From Tubiluchus corallicola (taxonomy: Eukaryota > Animalia > Priapulida), in NCBI GenBank assembly GCA_030141605.1, contig JAQGDQ010002088.1, forward strand, positions 1-15,436: DNA of 15,436 nucleotides, in the 5' to 3' direction. The notes below the pieces were generated by a model that was not told the origin of the DNA, ran no database searches, and saw only the letters and a program-made list of their open reading frames with translations. Positions within the stretch are counted from its first letter, which is position 1. Each line of letters opens with the position of its first letter. Below, one piece after another: positions 8,761-15,436 of this stretch. A program made the translations under genes and the position numbers.

Positions 8761-9160
8761 CTCTCTAAAACTGCACAGTGATCAACACTTATCTCTCTAA
8801 AACTGCACAGTGATCAACACTAATCTCTCTAAAACTGCACAGTGATCAACACTTATCTCTCTAAAATTGCACAGTGATCAACACTAATCTCTCTAACACT
8901 GCACAGTGACCAACACTAATCTCTCTAAAACTGCACAGTGATCAACACTAATCTCTCTAAAACTGCACAGTAAACAACATTTTTCTGACAGCACTATGAG
9001 AGATTAGTTTTACAGAGATTAGTGTTGATCACTGTGCAGTTTTAGAGAGATTAGTGTTGATCACTGTGCAGTTTTAGAGAGATTAGTGTTGATCACTGTG
9101 AGGTTAGAGAGATTAGTGTTGATCACTGTGCAGTTTTAGAGAGATTAGCGTTCATCACTG
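8761..9160. repeat. 32-bp minisatellite arranged as two inverted arrays
   Basis: ~6.5 units of CTCTCTAAAACTGCACAGTGATCAACACTAAT (8761-8975), a short spacer, then ~4.5 reverse-complement units (~8997-9160). Confidence 0.92.
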
Positions 9161-9445
9161 TTAACTCTTTACCCTACCAATGGCACAACGCAATTTGCAA
9201 CCTGGGATTAGTGAATTTATGAATGTTACATAGAGTTTAAAAGCTAACATCTCTTATCCGGTTGATCATACCGAAATGTCTAACAATATCTATACACAGC
9301 TATCCAAGGAATCTATGTATTAACTGCAAAAAACGAGCATGATAATATCTGATGCCCAGTGTTGCCAAGTTTATCAGAGTTACCCTGACAGGAATAACAA
9401 AAAAAACATCTTAGGCTGACTTATTTGTTTTAAAGTTCTAGTAAC

Positions 9446-9888
9446 TAGGGCCGGAACTAGATGTGGCAAGCAGGGGGGGCGCAAAAATTTTCTGGGGGGG
9501 GGGGCGAGGTATCCGAAGTGGTTAAATAATGGTTAAGCCAATTTTTAACCCCTTTTATACTGCATGCAGGCCTATAATTAGCATGTGTGTAGGACGGCGT
9601 AGGGTACAGAGCAATAATGAGAAAATTAACTCTCAGTTAACCTAACGTTATTAATGTGCCTCTAACTAAATTGTTATTTACAGAAATTTATCACACAAAA
9701 GTTTTAAGAAAATAATACACTGAAGCTACCAAACATTTATTACCTGATTCTAATTCATATTGAAAATGATTACATGCGAACTGCAATTTTGACTGCAAAA
9801 AAATTATTTGTCCGATTTTGCAGAGGGGGGCGCAAATTTTGACAAGGGGGGCACGCGCCCCCCCTCGCTCCCCCTAGTTTCGCCCCTG
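9446..9888. mobile_element. hAT-type MITE (family C)
   Basis: Perfect 8-bp TSD CTAGTAAC (9438-9445, 9889-9896); TIRs TAGGGCCGGAACTAG vs reverse complement CAGGGGCGAAACTAG; G-run subterminal motifs. Confidence 0.9.
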
Positions 9889-10115
9889 CTAGTAACTCAA
9901 GTGCTGGCTAGTACTATTGATAAATTTTTACCTTTTAATTAAAATTCTGTCCAATAATAGAATATTAAAGCATTATAATAGTTTTAATAAAGAGGTACAA
10001 GTGAGCAGAAACACCTACACCCATCCACCTACTTTATTGAGCCTCTCTCACTTTGATATTTTATACATTATCACAATGTCGCATCATGAATTTCAGTGAG
10101 CAGCTTGCCGGCTTC

Positions 10116-10490
10116 TAGAAGTGAGCATTCTCTACCAGAAAGCGAATTCGAATCGAAACGAATTTGTGACTTTCGAATTCGAACCGAATTTGAATTGAGA
10201 TTGAAAGATTTTCGAACAAGTTTTCGAACCACCAGTAAAAACTAGTCTTACAAAGATCATGCCAATCACTAGATTTTGTTCTGCAATAAAACGACTAGTA
10301 ATTTGCTTAAAGTTGTGCACAGAAATCACAGCTAAATTATGTTAATTGCGTGATGTTTCAATCGTTTTAGTGATAAGGAACATGTGTGACTGAAGTGCTG
10401 AATTATTCGAATCTATAGTTTTGGATTCGAATCGAGTTCGAACTAAAAAACTCGTTCGAATCGAATGCGAACGTTCGATGCTCATCCCTA
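10116..10490. mobile_element. hAT-type MITE, family B, copy 2
   Basis: Perfect 8-bp TSD CCGGCTTC (10108-10115, 10491-10498); TIRs TAGAAGTGAGCAT vs reverse complement TAGGGATGAGCAT; homologous to 2718-3074. Confidence 0.9.
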
Positions 10491-10528
10491 CCGGCTTCTT
10501 TGTACGATTTACAAATGCATTAGTCCTC

Positions 10529-10534
10529 TTTATT
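10529..10534 (-). promoter_or_regulatory. Candidate polyadenylation signal of PIK3C3
   Basis: AATAAA on the minus strand ~127 nt after the stop codon. A second AATAAA overlaps the stop itself (10665-10660). Confidence 0.5.
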
Positions 10535-10660
10535 ATACCAATAGTAGAACAAATGCTCTCCCGCTAACTGTGAAGAGCTCTACCCCCACGCATTTATACC
10601 CGTCAGATTTTCGAACTGTACTGTTGTGTTGCATACAGAGTAGAAATGTGATGAGTGTCT

Positions 10661-10675
10661 TTATTTTCTCCAGTA
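10661..10675 (-). CDS. PIK3C3: PIK3C3/Vps34 final coding exon (YWRK*)
   Basis: Acceptor tctcattttttgcag| then TAC TGG AGA AAA TAA; completes the conserved FAQ-YWRK C-terminus in phase 0. Confidence 0.92.
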   Translation of the reverse strand, partial: YWRK

Positions 10676-10839
10676 CTGCAAAAAATGAGAACGAATTTAA
10701 GAATGAGATCGAAATTGTCGTTTTCTTTTCAGTGAGCGACTTTAAGCGATAAAATACGTTAAGCGATAAAATGTGTCGTTAAAAATGATTAGCGTCGTTA
10801 AAACAAAATGTCGCTAGGCAAAGTGTCATTAAGCGTGGA

Positions 10840-11130
10840 TATAAAACATATATGTATACAAAGAATGCTTTTAAATATATAAAATCTTTATGTATACAAA
10901 GAATGCTTTCAACGTATATAAAACCTTTATGTATACAAAGAACGCTTTTAATGTATATAAAACCTTTATGTATACAAAGTAAACACACTTTCAACGTATA
11001 TAAAACCTTTACGTATACAAAGTAAACACACTTTTAACGTATATAAAACATTTATCTATAGAAAAAAATGTTTTTAATGTATATAAAACTTTTATCTATA
11101 CAAAAATTTTTTAACATATAGAAAGCTATA
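10840..11130. repeat. Degenerate ~39-42-bp AT-rich minisatellite, ~7 units
   Basis: Recurring TATATAAAACCTTTATGTATACAAAG core in the last PIK3C3 intron. Confidence 0.8.
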
Positions 11131-11335
11131 TGTCATGAAAGAAACAACTTCAATGGTTTCATCAAAAGTTTTAATCCTTGACTTTTTAGAAACGTTTCAA
11201 AATTCTGTAAAACTGTACCTTCTGTAATGACAGGTACAAAAACTACTTACCTGTGCCTTCTGTAATGACAGGTACAAAAATAAATGGTACAAAAATAAAA
11301 TAAAAAAAAATAAAAAAAATAAATACACAACTTAC

Positions 11336-11461
11336 CTGTGCAAACTGATGAATTCGCTCAACAACGACGGCCATGACAGCAGTAACGCTGACATCGATCA
11401 GGTTTAGTAAGTACTGAACTGCCTCTTCCTCCGTTAAATCCAGTCGAAACTTGTCCTGCAC
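11336..11461 (-). CDS. PIK3C3: PIK3C3/Vps34 penultimate coding exon (126 nt)
   Basis: tttcag|[42 protein letters not shown]|gtaagt; matches the Vps34 C-terminal helices; phase 0/0. Confidence 0.95.
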
Positions 11462-11620
11462 CTGAAATGATTTTGCACAATGAGGGAGACATAAAGAAAT
11501 TCTTAATACAAGGAAAGTATTCAGCCTTACAAACCTCGTTAAAAGATTACTTAGAGTGGATGTAGTTGACATTTATGTGTAAAAAAAACTCAGTTTTGTA
11601 ATGCATTTTATTGAATTTCT

Positions 11621-11810
11621 GTCTCCCTCTCACCTGGGTTCAAAACTTACTGTGAGCGACTGCATTCGCCGTGCCGATTCTGTCTATTCACCTTGTAAAG
11701 GGGTTATATATACGCACTTGGTTCAGTGGCTCATTTTAGAGGGTTATTATCATTGATAATGAGCTACGTTCCGGTCACGTCACAACGTCCCACTCAGTTT
11801 AATGATCTCT
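11621..11810 (+). mobile_element. Possible tRNA-derived SINE remnant
   Basis: TCTCCCTCTCACCTGGGTTCAAAAC includes a degenerate B-box (11637-11646), followed by a GC-richer body with CTGTCTATTCACC. No A-box or TSD seen; boundaries rough. Confidence 0.3.
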
Positions 11811-11860
11811 GTTAATGCTGGATTCCAGTATGCCAGAGTGTATGAACAAAAATATCCATC

Positions 11861-12027
11861 TTGAATTGAATTGAAATTTTTTCTCTCCAATTTACAAATG
11901 TACAGTAACTACCTCAAGTCTGTACAGGTGTAAATAGTTGAATTGAGTACAGGTAAATAAGGCCTAACTGCTAGTAATGAGTGAAAAAAAGAGAGAATAG
12001 CGAGGCGATCAAAAGGTGATCCAGTCA
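11861..12027 (-). mobile_element. Short LINE 3'-end fragment related to the one at 1900-2718
   Basis: Minus strand GACTGGATCACCTTTTGATCGCCTCGCTATTCTCTC resembles GACTCGATGACCAATTGGTCTTTCGCTACCCTTTCTC (2489-2525); ends TGTAAATTGGAGAGAAAAAA-(TTCAA)3, comparable to TGTAAATGAGGAGATAAATAAAA-(ATGTCT)n. Confidence 0.5.
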
Positions 12028-12030
12028 ATA

Positions 12031-12498
12031 AAGTCAATCTCGGATATGACGGACACATTCAGGCTGGAAAAAATTGTCCCTTATATCCAATGTTCCTTAC
12101 AGCCGATATTGAGTCAGACCGAGGGTGTATCTAGACCTGTACCCATATTTTTATGGATTATTGGTACACATTCAGTGCAAACGGTATGTAGGAAGCTTCT
12201 TCAGTGATGCGAGATGTATGTGACCGTGAAAACCGAGCTGTTCGAAGGCCGAGTTTGCGAAAAATTGAGGTTAAAAATCGATCATTTTCGCTTTCATCAT
12301 AGGGTCCCTTATATGCGAGGTAATTTACCTCGGTTTTTGTTACGCGGGACCTGAAGATATCGTCCATTACAACCGGAGTACCTTATATACGAAGATTTTT
12401 ACATAGTAAAAACGTTACGAAAAATCGGAACCAGTGTTAGTGGTCCCTTATAAGTGAGTGTCCCTTATAAGAGAGTACCTTATTCTCGAGGTTGACTG
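12031..12498. mobile_element. Tc1/mariner (pogo/Tigger-like) MITE
   Basis: TA|AAGTCAATCTCGGATATGACGGACAC ... GTACCTTATTCTCGAGGTTGACTG|TA; degenerate CAGTCAACCTCG TIRs, repeated subterminal GTCCCTTATA motifs and TA flanks. Confidence 0.75.
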
Positions 12499-12926
12499 TA
12501 TGCTAAAAAAAGTAAATGATCACATGCAGCACTAGTGAGTAATGAGGTACAGACAATAAATTCATTTAATCAGCTTCATTTCCTAAATTAGTAGTTTCTA
12601 AACAAAATTGTGGTAATTAACATATAATTTTACGTATATTTACAGTTAGTTGACTAATGAACATTTGATTTATTGTAATATTGTTAATTTATTACATTGT
12701 TACAGTGACAGAAATAAGCACTAAGTTTAGCTTAAGCAATGATATGCAATCCTTAGTAACTTTCTACAAATTATCAAAACAAAAAGAAAATATGACAATT
12801 TTCATGAGTTTAATGATATGTGGTTATTATTTATTAAAAAAACTAATCAGAATTTAAGAGGAGCTGCTTTTTACTGTTAGGAAGGTAGTTTACAGCAGTG
12901 TGTGTCATTGAAAAATCTCAAACTTT

Positions 12927-13882
12927 GATCATGGCAACACTGGCCACCAGATATACTGTGATCATGCTTGTTTCTTGGCAACACTGGCCACCAGATGTAC
13001 TGTGATCATGCCTGTTTCTTGGCAACACTGGCCACTGGATATACTGTGATCATGCCTGTTTCTTGGCAACACAGGCCACCAGATATACTGTGATCATGCC
13101 TGTTTCATGGCAACACTGGCTACCAGATATACTGTGATAATGCTTATTTCATGGCAACACTGGCTATAGATATACTATGATCATGCCTGTTTCTTGGCAA
13201 CACTGGGTACCAGATATACTGCGATCATGCTTGTTTCTTGGCAACACTGGCCATCAGATATACTGTGATCATGCCTGTTTCTTGGCAACACTGGCTACCA
13301 GATATACTGTGATCATGATTGTTTCTTGGCAACACTGGCTACCAGATATACTGTGATCATGCCTGTTTCATGGCAACACTGGCTACCAGATATACTGTGA
13401 TCATGCCTGTTTCATGGCAACACTGGCTACAGATATACTGTGATCATGATTGTTTCTTGGCAACACTGGCTACCAGATATACTGTGATCATGCCTGTTTC
13501 ATGGCAACACTGGCTACCAGATATACTGTGATCATGCCTGTTTCATGGCAACACTGGCTACAGATATACTATGATCATGGCTGTTTCTTGGCAACACTGG
13601 CTACAGATATACTATGATCATGGCTGTTTCTTGGCAACACTGGGTACCAGATATACTGTGATCATGCTTGTTTCTTGGCAACACTGGGTACCAGATATAC
13701 TGCGATCATGCTTGTTTCTTGGCAACACTGGCCATCAGATATACTGTGATCATGCCTGTTTCTTGGCAACACTGGCTACCAGATATACTGTGATCATGCC
13801 TGTTTCATGGCAACACTGGCTACAGATATACTATGATCATGGCTGTTTCTTGGCAACACTGGGTACCAGATATACTGTGATA
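12927..13882. repeat. 44-bp minisatellite, ~22 units, in a PIK3C3 intron
   Basis: Unit ATCATGCCTGTTTC(T/A)TGGCAACACTGGCTACCAGATATACTGTG with 43-bp variants; no unique spacers. Confidence 0.95.
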
Positions 13883-14028
13883 ACGCTTATTTTTCCACAA
13901 TTAGTACATTTATACGGCTTCTTAATGAACAACACTAATATTACTGAAAACAAAAGGTGCTGAAAGTTCTTCACTATGAAATTTGGCAAGAAAATATCAC
14001 AAATAATGCAAATTGTTTACTTGTTTAC

Positions 14029-14119
14029 CTTTTTCACGGTTTTGTCGGGTTCTAAAGCAATGTCTGGTATACTGGCATCAACCATCAGTGAAATCAAGTT
14101 TATTATTAGATTAGCTGAT
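14029..14119 (-). CDS. PIK3C3: PIK3C3/Vps34 internal exon (91 nt)
   Basis: ttttacag|A then [30 protein letters not shown]|gtaaac. The first base completes AG+A (Arg) from the previous exon. Not in the ORF track. Confidence 0.95.
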
Positions 14120-14459
14120 CTGTAAAAATAAGTAAAAATAATAAAATAAAAGCTAAAGTTTTAACAAAGAAAAACAAATTTTTACTCTACTATTATTGAC
14201 AATATTATACAGTTTGAAAATTTCTGTCAGCTGCTATTTATTTACTAACACATCACAAACAATTTATCTATAATATTAGCATTGCAAAAACAACTTTGAT
14301 ATAAGGACAGCAGTCACCCAACGTCTAAAAATCAAAGCGTGCCATGAATTGAACATTCACGACAATATCTAAATTGCAATGAAGTTGGCACAAATTGTCA
14401 AATTATTTGTATTTTTGCCCGATTCGACCACCAAAATGATTTAATAATCTTTAATATTA

Positions 14460-14540
14460 CCGTATATACTCATATACACGTCAAATTTTTGGGAGGCGAT
14501 TTTAAGGTGAAATGTTTGGGGTCGACTTATACTTACGATA
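14460..14540. mobile_element. Orphan left end of a Tc1/mariner-type MITE
   Basis: TA|CCGTATATACTCATATACACGTC...GGGGTCGACTTATAC is a typical CCGTATATACTCG-type terminus with an internal inverted motif; partner end not found. Confidence 0.4.
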
Positions 14541-15253
14541 TGCTTTTGGGAGATGTCGCTAAAGAGTCGTCTACAATACGAATACGTAAAGAAATAAGTC
14601 TTTGTATACATAAAGGTTTTATATATGTTATATAAACTAAAATGATCTCGACTTTTTTTTGGTAATATTTTATTTATTTTCAGCTGCTAAATTATTCGAA
14701 AACCATTTTCAAATACACATTACGAAAACCGGATGACGGATATTTACGATTATGAAATTTTTATAACTAGCGGATATCGGATACGGATACCTGGAAAAAT
14801 CGAGTCACAAATTCGAAAAAAAAGTAGTAAACAAAGAAATTTTAGTAACGTGTCACACACCAAAGGTCAAAGGTCATTTTGCTCAACAACAACCATGACA
14901 GCTCAACACGAACTGTTGAACTTGAACACCAGGAAAGTAAACAGACAGACATTTTGCGCACGAAACATTCCTTTTGCTTATAATGGAAGGTAGCTAATAA
15001 CTAGTACTCACATATGAAACAAGAAAATTCTTATCTGTAGTTGTTTCAACTAACTTTGTAGCGCTCATGAGTGAATAACATACAACGTGAGACAAAAGTT
15101 CTGACCAGGCATATGTAAATGATCCCAAACCAAATTCACTGGAGCCTTGTGGTTGTGTAACAACCCCCCCCCCCCCCGCATACATACACACACACCCTAA
15201 ATTATTACTTAGACGTTGAATTTCAAGACTGCGAAGCAAAAAGAACCATTCAC

Positions 15254-15421
15254 CTTCGTAGATGTAGAAAGGAGGTGATACAAAGAGTCCTGAAATCACT
15301 GAAACACTCAGAGTTGGTCCCTCCCATTGCTTCGACCATCTCCTTGGTCAACTTCATGGGGGGTGGCATCGGTTTGGGATCCCGACCAAGAATGTAGCCA
15401 AAATCTATGTGAAACAGCTTC
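15254..15421 (-). CDS. PIK3C3: PIK3C3/Vps34 kinase-domain exon with DFG and activation loop; the gene continues beyond the window
   Basis: [34 protein letters not shown]...FLHLR-AG|gtgaat is diagnostic of class III PI3K. Acceptor ttatag| at 15422 is tentative. Confidence 0.95.
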
Positions 15422-15436
15422 CTATAATTCAATATT

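Noticed and set aside
9161-9616. piggyBac-like element from TTAACTCTTTACCCTACC to GTAGGGTACAGAGCAA
   Set aside because: The putative right end lacks TTAA and lies inside the hAT MITE 9446-9888, which has a perfect TSD, so the two ends cannot bound one element.
11243-11572. ORF-track starts and ends for PIK3C3 pieces (also 15250-15432 and the TTG start at 5293)
   Set aside because: These ORFs extend into intron sequence; the real boundaries are the splice sites given in the features.
12927-13882. CRISPR-like appearance of the 44-bp array (also the 23-, 32- and 34-bp arrays)
   Set aside because: Units are contiguous with no unique spacers, there are no cas genes, and the context is a eukaryotic intron or intergenic region.
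13319-15299. ORFs at 13319-13531, 13571-13963, 14733-14993 and 14994-15299
   Set aside because: Minisatellite translations or chance intronic frames with no recognisable motifs or splice support.

Overview
AT-rich, repeat-dense eukaryotic (invertebrate-animal-like) genomic DNA with two convergent spliced genes. On the minus strand are the last four coding exons of class III PI3-kinase PIK3C3/Vps34 (15421-15254, 14119-14029, 11461-11336, 10675-10661), which splice in frame to the canonical ...FAQYWRK* end. On the plus strand is a two-exon gene (1433-1629 + 5292-6009, 304 aa) for a multi-pass membrane protein resembling TLCD1/TLCD2 (TLC domain) but lacking the family's conserved His-His, Asp and Glu. 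Nearly everything else is mobile DNA or tandem repeat: hAT-type MITEs with 8-bp TSDs, Tc1/pogo-type MITEs with TA TSDs, a probable solo LTR with amplified heat-shock-element motifs, a 5'-truncated CR1/L2-like LINE inserted just after the TLC-gene stop codon, and several minisatellites. The most unusual object is a 950-bp non-coding element (6306-7255) nested in the LINE. It has ~250-bp terminal inverted repeats, AGT...ACT ends and a 5-bp TSD, and it carries the 3' 31 nt of a mature-type tRNA-His (including CC of the CCA tail) fused to the inner edge of one TIR. All calls are by eye; family assignments rely on recalled motifs, not database searches.
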